From the IMG/VR virus record IMGVR_UViG_3300017971_000579, positions 1 to 33,619 of that record: DNA of 33,619 nucleotides. One strand, 5' to 3'. Made by a program: the position numbers and the translations under genes. Within the stretch, counting starts at the first letter, position 1. Each line of letters begins with the position of its first letter. Below, piece by piece: positions 1 through 8,624 of the stretch. Origin of the DNA: a virus. Lineage: Duplodnaviria > Caudoviricetes. The notes beneath the pieces were generated by a model. The model was not told where the DNA came from. It ran no database searches and saw nothing but the letters and a program-made list of their open reading frames with translations.

Positions 1-38
1 ACTTACGTGGAGTGTGGCCGTCAAATACCGGAAGGGCT

Positions 39-764
39 ATGAGCAAGGTAAGCATATTCACTGCGGCTGTAGGCGATTATCCTCATGCCAGAAACTATGT
101 GAGAAATCTATTTCATGGATTCGTAAGTGGTCTTGGATGTGATTTCACGATGTACGTCGTAACCGACTTGGAAGAGGTTGCCCACGATGATTATTATCTG
201 AACATCGTACCTTTAGGGGAAAAGAAAATTGTTCCGGTATATCCTGATCGTCGTGTCTGGGGTTGGTGGAATCTCATGGAGTTGTACCGTCCTGACGCTC
301 CTTGGTCAGATGGTCACGTCATCATGACAGGATTGGATACGGTGATTCGCGGGGATGTCAGCTGGTTAATCCAGCCATGGCCGATGTATATGAGGCCAGT
401 CAGGGAATCTCTGGGCCTCAAGGGTGCTTACGATGGAAGCTACGCTGATGGGGCTGTCTGTCTTCCTCCAGATTTGCACTATAATGAAGTATGGAAGGGA
501 TACTGCGAAGGTGTCAGTGAGGAATTAACGTGGAAGCAGAAGCGTTCATTTCCTATGCATGTTTACGTGACTCAAGCGATTAAGAGCATGTATCAGAATC
601 AACCGTATTTCTGGCAAGACAGGTTCCCTGGTAAGCTTTGCAGTTACAAGGAGCCTGAGCCGAAAATTGATGAGCCTGAGGAGCCTTTGGTGATATTCCA
701 CGGTAAACCTAGACCTCATGAGGCAATTGAGCAAAGTCCGTGGATAGGGAAGTATTTTAGATGA
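39..764 (+). CDS. Phage glycosyltransferase-like protein (GT-A fold, nucleotide-diphospho-sugar transferase type)
   Basis: Motifs WGWWNLMELY, DxD-like GLDTVIRGD, CSYK and C-terminal VIFHGKPRPHE resemble a common phage GT family. ATG at 39 after GAAGGG is preferred to GTG at 12. Confidence 0.7.
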   Translation: MSKVSIFTAAVGDYPHARNYVRNLFHGFVSGLGCDFTMYVVTDLEEVAHDDYYLNIVPLGEKKIVPVYPDRRVWGWWNLMELYRPDAPWSDGHVIMTGLDTVIRGDVSWLIQPWPMYMRPVRESLGLKGAYDGSYADGAVCLPPDLHYNEVWKGYCEGVSEELTWKQKRSFPMHVYVTQAIKSMYQNQPYFWQDRFPGKLCSYKEPEPKIDEPEEPLVIFHGKPRPHEAIEQSPWIGKYFR

Positions 765-1447
765 GGACCGTAGCCGTACTCGCAAATGGGCCATCGCTAA
801 AGAAATTCTGGCCATCTACAGGTATTGAGGACTACGAACTGGTTATAGGATGCAATACAGCTGCGTGGCTGTTTCCAGTGGACGTGTGGTGCGTTCTGGA
901 CCCTGTTGTAATAGAGTTGGCCATTCCAGGATCGAAAGCTGATATGGAGCATGGTACTGCTCAGGGTACTCCACTGTACAATCGAACTATTTCCATTCCG
1001 GAAAGCATTGCGACTTTCGAGAACATGAAGGGACTGGAGCATGTTCCGGATTCCGTTAGAATGGATATGCCATGGTACGGAAAAAGCCATAAGATCATCA
1101 ATAAGCCGATCCTTGCTCACTCGGATTTAAAGAGCTGCAATTTCACGTTTCCAAATGCGCTTGTAGTTGCTCAGGTGCTTTCCCGTGGCGGTCAGGTGGA
1201 CGTGTACGGCATGGATATTTCCACTGAGCCCGACGTTTGCGGAAAATGGGGTGATCGAGCTGCCGGAAGATGGAAACGCGAATTACCGTGGATAGCAGCT
1301 GCGTGGAGGCCAGAATGGAGAATATTCGGCAATGCTTCTCAGGACGTGCGTGATTTCCTCAAGGGAAAGATACCGTTTACCCAGATAGCGAAGGTAGTCG
1401 ACAAGTACAAGGGCGGGAAGACTGAAAGAGTAGTAACTCTTAGGTAA
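761..1447 (+). CDS. GT29/GT42/MAF(DUF115)-like putative glycosyltransferase
   Basis: N-terminal VAVLANGPSL, then IGCNTA, WCVLD and VDVYGMD follow the sialyltransferase/MAF-like pattern (GNGPS...G.N...D...G.D). Overlaps the end of the upstream gene. Confidence 0.6.
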   Translation: MRTVAVLANGPSLKKFWPSTGIEDYELVIGCNTAAWLFPVDVWCVLDPVVIELAIPGSKADMEHGTAQGTPLYNRTISIPESIATFENMKGLEHVPDSVRMDMPWYGKSHKIINKPILAHSDLKSCNFTFPNALVVAQVLSRGGQVDVYGMDISTEPDVCGKWGDRAAGRWKRELPWIAAAWRPEWRIFGNASQDVRDFLKGKIPFTQIAKVVDKYKGGKTERVVTLR

Positions 1448-1453
1448 TTAAAA

Positions 1454-1482
1454 TTGACACCTAGACGGGATGATTCCATAAC
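1454..1482 (+). promoter_or_regulatory. Putative sigma70-type promoter for the tRNA-like gene
   Basis: Perfect TTGACA at 1454-1459, 17-nt spacer, weak -10 CATAAC, about 15 nt upstream of the tRNA 5' end. Confidence 0.45.
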
Positions 1483-1497
1483 TGAATCCAGTTTTTT

Positions 1498-1570
1498 AGA
1501 AGGTAGGTCCGGTGACCCGCTGGGGCTCATATCCCTGGTTAGATCAGTTCAACCCTGATACCTTCTCCCA
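1498..1570 (+). tRNA. Non-canonical tRNA with CAU anticodon (Met/fMet/Ile2 identity unresolved)
   Basis: Acceptor stem AGAAGGT/ACCTTCT (7 bp perfect); D-stem GGTC/GACC with CGGT loop; anticodon loop CTCATAT closed by GGG/CCC; T-arm ATCAG-TTCAACC-CTGAT; C73 and encoded CCA. Confidence 0.8.
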
Positions 1571-1603
1571 CTTTTCATATTATTATGAATTCAGCGACGT
1601 AAG

Positions 1604-1640
1604 GGCCTCCTCGTTCCAGACAAGCGGGGAGGCTTTTTTA
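1604..1640 (+). terminator. Rho-independent terminator downstream of the tRNA
   Basis: GGCCTCCTCGTT pairs with AGCGGGGAGGCT and is followed by a T-run. Confidence 0.8.
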
Positions 1641-1679
1641 TTTGCCTATAACAGTCGATTCTTCCATAGAATCATAGTT

Positions 1680-2105
1680 ATGCCGACGAATTCTCAGATT
1701 CGTACTGAACAGCGAAGGGTCCAGGGACAACAGGTTGTCCAGGATAGTCGCACGCAAAACATTAATCTGAGGCTGGAGCGGGAGCTGAACATATTGAGGC
1801 GGCTGATCGGTAGTGCGTCAGGGGCTATTCCAAAGCGTAAAACGATAACGGCTGCTGATTCACCTTATAATGCTCCTGAGAATACGCTGGTTATCTGTGA
1901 TATGAGTACAGGCGATATAGACGTGTATTATCCTTTGAATTCCATATATGGAGTATCTGTAGCAAAGAAGGGCGATGACGGTACTCTGATGGTGTATCCT
2001 GGATCAGGAAGAACGATTGAGGGCGACGTGAGTGCAGAAATATTAAATGACGGTGATTGCCTGACAGCTAAATTTGACGGCACAAGTGATTGGAGAGGGG
2101 TATGA
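1680..2105 (+). CDS. Putative virion accessory/short fibre protein
   Basis: Probable start is ATG 1680, because the track's upstream extension runs through the tRNA and terminator. N-terminal helical segment, then a beta-rich domain (ITAADSPY...VICD...TIEG...FDGTSDW) typical of phage fibre/baseplate modules. Confidence 0.55.
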   Translation: MPTNSQIRTEQRRVQGQQVVQDSRTQNINLRLERELNILRRLIGSASGAIPKRKTITAADSPYNAPENTLVICDMSTGDIDVYYPLNSIYGVSVAKKGDDGTLMVYPGSGRTIEGDVSAEILNDGDCLTAKFDGTSDWRGV

Positions 2106-3790
2106 GCAAGTTTGGTGAGTTAAGAGGTAAGCTGGATACAAACAACAGCTCCAGCGCCAATCTGGGCATAGGTGGCGTGTTCCCTGGGGCGTCTACGGAA
2201 ATCAAGGACTACAGTTCTATAGCGGTGGCCGTGTATTCTGATGTGGCCAGTGCTGTAGATGGGCTTTCCATCCAGCAAAGTGCAGATGGATCAAATTGGT
2301 ACTGGTCGGATGAGTTCACGATAGCAGCTGGAGCAGCTAAGGTATTCACTGTAGCTCCTCACTTGCAATATCTCAGGGTACAATATACAAATGGTGGAAC
2401 CATACAGGGAACGTTTGAGCTAGCTGTAGTTCTGAAGGGAAAGGCAATAACACCGTCTACTCATAGGATTCAGGACCCTATTGCCGATGATGACGATGCA
2501 ACGCTTTCAAAAGCAATTATTACAGGAAAGAAGGATGATGGCACATTTGATAATGCCAGCCTGACAAACAAAGGGCAATTCAAGGTATCAATTGAGGAAT
2601 ATGGAGATACTCCAGCTGTGGATGCGTTTGCTCGCCTTCGCGTCTCTAATAATTTTACGATATTCGACTCAAAACAGCTTCACGACGATCAACCTTTATT
2701 CTGGGACGAGTCACTTGGAGGAGCTGCCTCCAGTGCTCATAGTGCCACGGATGCTAGGGTCAGGATGACTCTAACAGCTAATGCAAACGATTTTGCTATA
2801 CGTCAGACAAAGCAGCGTTTTAATTATCAGCCAGGAAAATCACAGCTATTCTTCATGACGTTTTGTAGCCAGCAAACGGCCGGAATGACAAAAAGAATAG
2901 GGGTTTTTGATGGTACTGGAGCAAATTACCTTACGCCTCATAACGGAATATTCTTCAAGTGTGACGGTGATCTTTCGTGGAATATTGCGAAGAACGGAAG
3001 CACAACCGAAAGTGTATCTCAGTCAAATTGGAACGTGGATCCGTTAGATGGATCAGGGGTGAGTGGTATAAACCTGGATATGGATGCCACTCAAATCATA
3101 GTTATCGACTTTGAATGGCTGGGTGTTGGCCGTGTTCGTGTTGGATTTGTAATCAATGGGCTAGTCTACTACTGCCACTATTTCAATCACGCAAATGACA
3201 GCACGTTTAACAGCGTCTATATGTCGACTCCTAACCTTCCGTTAAGGTATGACGTGCAAACTGACGGCACAAGTGGAGGCGATCTGGATCATATCTGTTC
3301 TACAGTAATTTCTGAAGGAGGCATTGAGGAAACTGGAATCCTTCGAGGGGTGGATAGCGGAAATGCTTTGATTTCAAGCTATGGAACTGGAACAACCTAC
3401 GCATTGCTTGGGATAAGACTGAAAGCTGCCTATAAGGATGTGACCATTATTCCTCAATCATTGGAGATAATTGCTGGTTCATCAGATAGCTTTAAGTGGG
3501 AGTTGCACCTTAATCCAACGGTTGGAGGAACGTTTACCTATGCTGATCTTGCTAACAGTGCGTTACAAACAGCTTCAGGTGGAACAGGTGAAACGATAAC
3601 TACTCCAGGAACGATAATTGCCTATGGAGGCGGGTCAGCATTGTCGCGTCAGTCTTCGGCTGAGTTAAAGACGGCATTGAGATTGGGTTCAACCATAGCG
3701 GGAGTACAGGATACGCTTGTTTTGGCTCTAAGGCCTCTTACAACAAACCTCTCTCAGTGGTCGTGCTTGAATTTCAGGGAATTACTGTGA
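2102..3790 (+). CDS. Virion structural protein (beta-sandwich; family seen in aquatic phages)
   Basis: ATGA overlap with GGAG RBS. Motifs DAFARLRVS..FTIFDS, FNYQPGKS, DFEWLGVGRVRVGFVI, CHYFNHAN and YMSTPNLPLRY. Confidence 0.65.
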   Translation: MSKFGELRGKLDTNNSSSANLGIGGVFPGASTEIKDYSSIAVAVYSDVASAVDGLSIQQSADGSNWYWSDEFTIAAGAAKVFTVAPHLQYLRVQYTNGGTIQGTFELAVVLKGKAITPSTHRIQDPIADDDDATLSKAIITGKKDDGTFDNASLTNKGQFKVSIEEYGDTPAVDAFARLRVSNNFTIFDSKQLHDDQPLFWDESLGGAASSAHSATDARVRMTLTANANDFAIRQTKQRFNYQPGKSQLFFMTFCSQQTAGMTKRIGVFDGTGANYLTPHNGIFFKCDGDLSWNIAKNGSTTESVSQSNWNVDPLDGSGVSGINLDMDATQIIVIDFEWLGVGRVRVGFVINGLVYYCHYFNHANDSTFNSVYMSTPNLPLRYDVQTDGTSGGDLDHICSTVISEGGIEETGILRGVDSGNALISSYGTGTTYALLGIRLKAAYKDVTIIPQSLEIIAGSSDSFKWELHLNPTVGGTFTYADLANSALQTASGGTGETITTPGTIIAYGGGSALSRQSSAELKTALRLGSTIAGVQDTLVLALRPLTTNLSQWSCLNFRELL

Positions 3791-3800
3791 TGTAAAATTT

Positions 3801-4238
3801 ATGGATAGAGAGCTAACAGGGAAACAGAAAAAGGCTCTCCAGAATCATGCTAAAGGCATGGATAAAGGAGAGGCCTATATCAAGGCTGGATACAAATGTA
3901 AGAGCAATGCAGTGGGCTCTGCGGCTATGGTTCGGCTGTTAAAGAACGTTAAAGCTAAGTCTTACCTCGATGGATTGCTGGAACAGGCTACCTCAGAAGC
4001 GGTTCTTACTATCAGGGAAAAACGGGAATACCTTGCGAGTTTGGTCAGGACTCCGGTCGGTCATGTCGATCTCGATAGTCCACTTGCTCAGGAAGTCCAG
4101 CATACCGAGGATGGAACGAAGATCAAGATGCCCGATAAACTGCGTGCTCTCGATCTGGATTCAAAGCTGGCCGGCGACTATGCTCCGGTAGAGGTGGAGG
4201 TAACGAATTCGCTATTGGACCAGATTAGGGGTGCTTGA
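3801..4238 (+). CDS. terS: Terminase small subunit
   Basis: LTGKQKK...EAYIKAGY...RLLKN HTH pattern, C-terminal KIKMPDKLRALDL, located upstream of terL. Confidence 0.85.
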   Translation: MDRELTGKQKKALQNHAKGMDKGEAYIKAGYKCKSNAVGSAAMVRLLKNVKAKSYLDGLLEQATSEAVLTIREKREYLASLVRTPVGHVDLDSPLAQEVQHTEDGTKIKMPDKLRALDLDSKLAGDYAPVEVEVTNSLLDQIRGA

Positions 4239-4328
4239 TGGATATTTATTACCTAAAAGTGTCGGAGTTATAGGGGGTTATACGACGAAAAATGGATATT
4301 TGCGACAATTTAGCGCACTAACGTAAGT

Positions 4329-4544
4329 ATGATCGACCAATACCTGAAGAAGGATGTGGAGTTGCTGGGCGGTCCCTATGATGGTGGAACCATCCATGAT
4401 TTTCTGTGGAAGCTGAAGGTGGGACAGCTATTAATAATCACCGTCCCTAATGAATACGATGGAAGAACCTACCAGCATTCGTACAGGGTGTGTCGTTGTG
4501 GTGATTTGGCTGAATACGTGTCAACGCGGGAGGTTCCGGCATGA
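4329..4544 (+). CDS. Hypothetical protein
   Basis: 71-aa ORF with a common phage LxGGPxDG motif; ATGA overlap with terL. Confidence 0.6.
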   Translation: MIDQYLKKDVELLGGPYDGGTIHDFLWKLKVGQLLIITVPNEYDGRTYQHSYRVCRCGDLAEYVSTREVPA

Positions 4545-6163
4545 AGTACAATCTGGCAGGCTATGAATACCAGGCAATCGACTTGGAGGAATACACTCTC
4601 ACGGATGATATGACCGATGAGGAGCTGATTGAATGCCTGAAGGATCCGCTTTTTCGCATTTGCAACCTGTACAGCATCATTTCAAAGAAGGTTGAAGGGA
4701 ATACCAGGAAGATCAAATTTACTCCTCGATGGGAGCAGAGGGTGGTCCTGCACGCGATATTCGTGGATGGGTTCCGCAGGATTGCGGTTCCGAAGGCTCG
4801 TCAGCTGGGATTCTCGACACTGTTTGCGGTGATCCTCTTCGACCAGGCCTATTTCCAGAATGAGATTCAGGCCAGTATTGTCGACCAGACTCAACTCGAT
4901 GCCACTGAGAAGCTGGATAAGGTGAGGTTTGCATGGGAGAATATGCCTGAGCGGTTGAAGGATGCGCTTAAGCTTCCGGTGAACAACAATAAGGAAATGG
5001 CGTTCACGAACAACTCCAGCGTAAATGCCGGCAAGAATTCCCGTGGTGGTACAAATCACCTGATGCACATATCTGAGCTGGGACCGATTGCCTGGGATGA
5101 TCCGGCCAGGTCCACGGAAATCATGACAGGTGCGATTCCTTCTGTGCCTCAGGATGGCTATATCTTCATAGAGAGCACGTTTAAGGGCGGAAAAGGAGGA
5201 GACTGGTACAATATCCTCAAAAGTTCGCTGGAGGTCCCGTTTGAGCTGCGTACTGAGCGTGATTACCTCGTGCTGTTCTTTCCGTGGTACTTCGATAAGG
5301 ATTATCAGGTGTATGGAGATATTCGTCGGGTGGATCGTGAGACGATGGAGTATTTTGATGTGACCGAGAAGGAAATGCGAAAGCGCGGAATTCCTTTCAA
5401 GTTCAATGACGATCAGAAGATATTCTATCAGCTGGAGAAGAATCGGCTGGGCCAGTTTATCAAGCAGGAGTATCCGACGCTGATCGAGGAGATGTGGCAG
5501 GTACGCGAAGCTGGTCTGATCTTTGCTCCTAAGCTGGATGCTCAGCGGGCAGCTGGCAGGGTAAATGAGCATGTTGCCTATTACTCAGGGTTTCCCGCCT
5601 ATACTGCTTGGGACATTGGGGCTGCGATCAATACGAAGTGCTGGATATTCCAGGTGATAGGAGACAACATCAATTTCCTTCAGGCCTTGTCTGGAGGTCC
5701 TGACTGTGACACTCCTGGAGATTGGGCTGATCGACTCAGGCAGCTACCCTACCGATATGGAGGGCATTTCCTTCCTCCGGATGGTGAATTACTCTGGCAG
5801 AAGCTCCTTCAACAAGCCGGCATGGTTGGCGTGGCGTGCGTGGAAAGGTATGTGAATGTCTGGGATCCTATTCGCGATGCACTGAGTTCATTCAGCCGGT
5901 GCGGGTTTTCGACGATTGGATGCGGGAAAGGCGATGATAGCGGTCTGGCTGCTTTGGACTACTATCACTCGAAGGAAGAGAAGGATGGGGCTACGATCAA
6001 GGACGTTCCAGTGCATGACTGGAGTTCACACTACAGCTCTGCATTCTGTACAGCTCACCAGGCAATCAGGGAAGGACTTCTGATTGACAGGAGCGCGATT
6101 CCTGCTAATGCTCGCACGAAGGATGAGGATATACCTGTGACGGGGGCTCCTAGAAGGAGGTAG
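4541..6163 (+). CDS. terL: Terminase large subunit
   Basis: Walker A KARQLGFST, Walker B LMHISE, motif III EST and nuclease motif YTAWDIG...HDWSSHYSSA. Confidence 0.95.
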   Translation: MKYNLAGYEYQAIDLEEYTLTDDMTDEELIECLKDPLFRICNLYSIISKKVEGNTRKIKFTPRWEQRVVLHAIFVDGFRRIAVPKARQLGFSTLFAVILFDQAYFQNEIQASIVDQTQLDATEKLDKVRFAWENMPERLKDALKLPVNNNKEMAFTNNSSVNAGKNSRGGTNHLMHISELGPIAWDDPARSTEIMTGAIPSVPQDGYIFIESTFKGGKGGDWYNILKSSLEVPFELRTERDYLVLFFPWYFDKDYQVYGDIRRVDRETMEYFDVTEKEMRKRGIPFKFNDDQKIFYQLEKNRLGQFIKQEYPTLIEEMWQVREAGLIFAPKLDAQRAAGRVNEHVAYYSGFPAYTAWDIGAAINTKCWIFQVIGDNINFLQALSGGPDCDTPGDWADRLRQLPYRYGGHFLPPDGELLWQKLLQQAGMVGVACVERYVNVWDPIRDALSSFSRCGFSTIGCGKGDDSGLAALDYYHSKEEKDGATIKDVPVHDWSSHYSSAFCTAHQAIREGLLIDRSAIPANARTKDEDIPVTGAPRRR

Positions 6164-6165
6164 TT

Positions 6166-6213
6166 ATGAAAAAAGAAATCAAGCGTAACATAACCCGTCA
6201 AATTAAGAAGTAA
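6166..6213 (+). CDS. 15-aa basic mini-ORF (MKKEIKRNITRQIKK)
   Basis: Strong AAGGAGG RBS; TAATG stop/start overlap with the next ORF. Confidence 0.35.
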   Translation: MKKEIKRNITRQIKK

Positions 6214-6377
6214 TGCCGATTGTCAGGGGAATAGTAAGGAGCATTGTGCGTAGTATTACCAGGGATATTACTGGTGATGAGCCTGCTCCGGTTGTTTATG
6301 AGCAATTTGTCACTTCGGCTGGGTTGAATTTCATTACCTCCGATGGCGATAACTTTTCAGTAAGGGATGCAGCATAA
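6213..6377 (+). CDS. 54-aa hypothetical protein, absent from the ORF track (MPIVRGIVRSIVRSITRDITGD...FSVRDAA)
   Basis: Open frame that fills the gap, with TAATG coupling at both ends. Confidence 0.6.
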   Translation: MPIVRGIVRSIVRSITRDITGDEPAPVVYEQFVTSAGLNFITSDGDNFSVRDAA

Positions 6378-7480
6378 TGGCAGATTATAATTCAGCATAT
6401 ACAGGGGCTCAAATTGACGCTGCACTGGCAAGATCGTTGTCGATGCCTGAGTTTAAAGGAGAAAAGGCTAACTATGCTGCTCTACCTGCGGCAGGTAATG
6501 CGGGTGATACATGGCTTGTGTTAAACGGTACAGGAGTTTGGCCTTTTAATAGGAAGTCTGCTGGTTTCTACAGGGATGACGGTGCAGCGTGGGTTCACAT
6601 GGGATGGGATATTTCCTCTCTTCAGACGGATTCTAATTGGGCAATGAAAGATGAGTCTGATGCCACTAAGTTATTCTCAATGCAACTTTCTGGTATTACT
6701 ACAGGAAACCAGCGGGTAATGAGCGTTCCTGATAAGGACTTTGAGCCGGATGATAAGGACGATACCAGAATACCTACTGACCTTTCCGTTGCCACTGGAA
6801 AGATACAAGATGAGGCAGTAACGTATGCCAAGATGCAACACGTCAGCGCAACCGATAAGTTGCTTGGACGATCAACCGCCGGAGCTGGCGACCCTGAAGA
6901 AATTGACTGCACGGCAGCCGGTAGAGCCTTGCTTGATGACGCAACCGCAGCGGATCAGCGAACGACTCTAGGACTTGGAGATGCCGCCACCAAGGGAGTA
7001 ACCGGATCGGATGCAAATGCAGTTACCGGAACTGCTGGAACTGATGGTAACCTTGTAGAGTGGAATATTGACGGTGACGTAGTGGATGGTCCAACTCCTC
7101 CTAGCGGTGATATAGTCGGAACATCAGACACACAGACACTCACAAACAAGACCCTTACCGCTCCGGTCATCACACCGTCAATCAACACCCAGACCGGAAC
7201 GACTTACACGCTAGTCCTTACAGATCAGAGCAAGATTGTTGAGCTAAATAACGCATCAGCCAACACGGTAACAATTCCGACTAATGCGAGTGTAGCCTAT
7301 CCGACAGGAACACAGATAATGATTTCCCAGATTGGAGCAGGATTGACCAGCGTTGAAGGTGACACCGGAGTGACTGTTAATGGTGTGAGTGCTGGCAGCG
7401 TGGACAGTCAGGGGCAATGGTATGCTCTGGCACTGTACAAGCGGGCAACGAATGAATGGGTAGTGATCGGAGGAGCATAA
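6377..7480 (+). CDS. Fibre-like virion protein (head or tail fibre)
   Basis: YTGAQIDAAL N-terminus, fibre repeats (KIQDEAVTYAK, AGRALLDD...RTTLGLG, TQTLTNKTLT) and C-terminal TYTLVLTD...TVTIP...Q.GAG...W domain. Confidence 0.75.
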   Translation: MADYNSAYTGAQIDAALARSLSMPEFKGEKANYAALPAAGNAGDTWLVLNGTGVWPFNRKSAGFYRDDGAAWVHMGWDISSLQTDSNWAMKDESDATKLFSMQLSGITTGNQRVMSVPDKDFEPDDKDDTRIPTDLSVATGKIQDEAVTYAKMQHVSATDKLLGRSTAGAGDPEEIDCTAAGRALLDDATAADQRTTLGLGDAATKGVTGSDANAVTGTAGTDGNLVEWNIDGDVVDGPTPPSGDIVGTSDTQTLTNKTLTAPVITPSINTQTGTTYTLVLTDQSKIVELNNASANTVTIPTNASVAYPTGTQIMISQIGAGLTSVEGDTGVTVNGVSAGSVDSQGQWYALALYKRATNEWVVIGGA

Positions 7481-7902
7481 TGAGTTTAATTAATGTCAAC
7501 ATTCCAGGGACTCCGGTAGTGGAGCGAAACGGAAGAATAATCTACCGGGTCAACGAGTGGGGAGCAACTGCGACAATTCCGGCAACGGCAACACCTCAAG
7601 AACTGGCAGCAATAGGATTGTACGAGAGGGTCATGGTTGAAGATCCGTTTGATCCTGCAACGCAGAAGCTTGGATCGAGAACGGGTCCGGTGCTCGATTC
7701 CGTGGCAGGAACCGCAACATTCACAAGGGCAGTAGTAAACCTGACTCAAGATGAACTGGACAGTATTGCAGAAGCAGAAGCAAACAATCAGGAACGTGAC
7801 CAGTTAAAGGCAATTTACGAGACCTTCAAAAACGCACAAGCAACCAACGCACAAGCGCAAAAGGCAATCGCTTGGTTGATTAAGAACATGGCAGGAGTAT
7901 AA
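7480..7902 (+). CDS. Putative fibre-associated/assembly protein
   Basis: TAATG-coupled start at 7480 with GGAG RBS; FDPATQKL...VVNLTQDEL pattern typical of small genes next to fibre genes. Confidence 0.5.
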   Translation: MSLINVNIPGTPVVERNGRIIYRVNEWGATATIPATATPQELAAIGLYERVMVEDPFDPATQKLGSRTGPVLDSVAGTATFTRAVVNLTQDELDSIAEAEANNQERDQLKAIYETFKNAQATNAQAQKAIAWLIKNMAGV

Positions 7903-8576
7903 TGCATTTACTAATTCCAGGGATAGCAAATCAAAGCAGTGGAGGCGCAGGCGGAATTACTCTGCCAGATGCCGAAGCGTACTGGAAGCTGGACGGTAAT
8001 GCTACGGACTCGCATGGCAGTAATGACCTAACCAATAACCATTCCGTAGGTTTCACAACCGGTAAATTGAATCAGTGTGCTAGTTTTGCTGATGACTATA
8101 ATGATAGTTTGTCGATTACCGCTGCTCCAACTGATTACCCATTTACATTCTCCTGTTGGTTTAAAACCACTAACACTCAGCGAGCCGCCATGATCGTATT
8201 TGTAAATGGTGGTGCTGATTTTTGCATGTTAGAAGTGACCGGTAGCGGGTATTTAGCTGCACGCGCCTTTATCTATTCATCCACATCCTCCTCCACCTGC
8301 AATGATGGCAACTGGCATCATGGGGTTGCAGTGTTTGCATCGGCAACTAGTCGACAAGTGTATCTTGATGGAGTAGCTGCTACGGCAAGCACGGGTAACT
8401 GGGCGTTTAATTCGAGTGTGGATACAATCAATGTAGGGAAGTACGGTGGTGGTAAAGCGTTTGATGGTGAGATAGACGAAGCAATTTGGTTCAATGTGGC
8501 ATTAACAGCCGACAACGTATCGGACCTTTACGGAGACGGAACACCGCCATCCTACGATGACATTACTTGGACTTAA
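7902..8576 (+). CDS. LamG/concanavalin A-like lectin-domain virion protein
   Basis: AYWKLDGNATDS, FTFSCWFKT, DGNWHH, VYLDG and FDGEIDE...ALT are LamG-like jellyroll motifs. Confidence 0.85.
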   Translation: MHLLIPGIANQSSGGAGGITLPDAEAYWKLDGNATDSHGSNDLTNNHSVGFTTGKLNQCASFADDYNDSLSITAAPTDYPFTFSCWFKTTNTQRAAMIVFVNGGADFCMLEVTGSGYLAARAFIYSSTSSSTCNDGNWHHGVAVFASATSRQVYLDGVAATASTGNWAFNSSVDTINVGKYGGGKAFDGEIDEAIWFNVALTADNVSDLYGDGTPPSYDDITWT

Positions 8577-8624
8577 ATAGGAAACAGTAAGTGATTTAAC
8601 ACGGTCAACAATAGCAGTGTGCGT

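Noticed and set aside
1498-1570. Stop-codon recoding (Pyl/Sec/suppressor) suggested by the tRNA shape
   Set aside because: The anticodon reads CAU, genes are intact in the standard code and end in TAA, TAG or TGA, and no synthetase gene is seen in the window.
1512-1679. 5' extension of the 1512..2105 ORF
   Set aside because: It runs through the tRNA and its terminator; ATG 1680 is the plausible start.
4682-5572. 296-aa antisense ORF
   Set aside because: Lies wholly within terL and has no motifs; a codon-bias shadow.
6166-6213. Possible -1 frameshift at the A-run fusing the mini-ORF to the 54-aa ORF
   Set aside because: The -1 frame hits TAA a few codons after the A-run.
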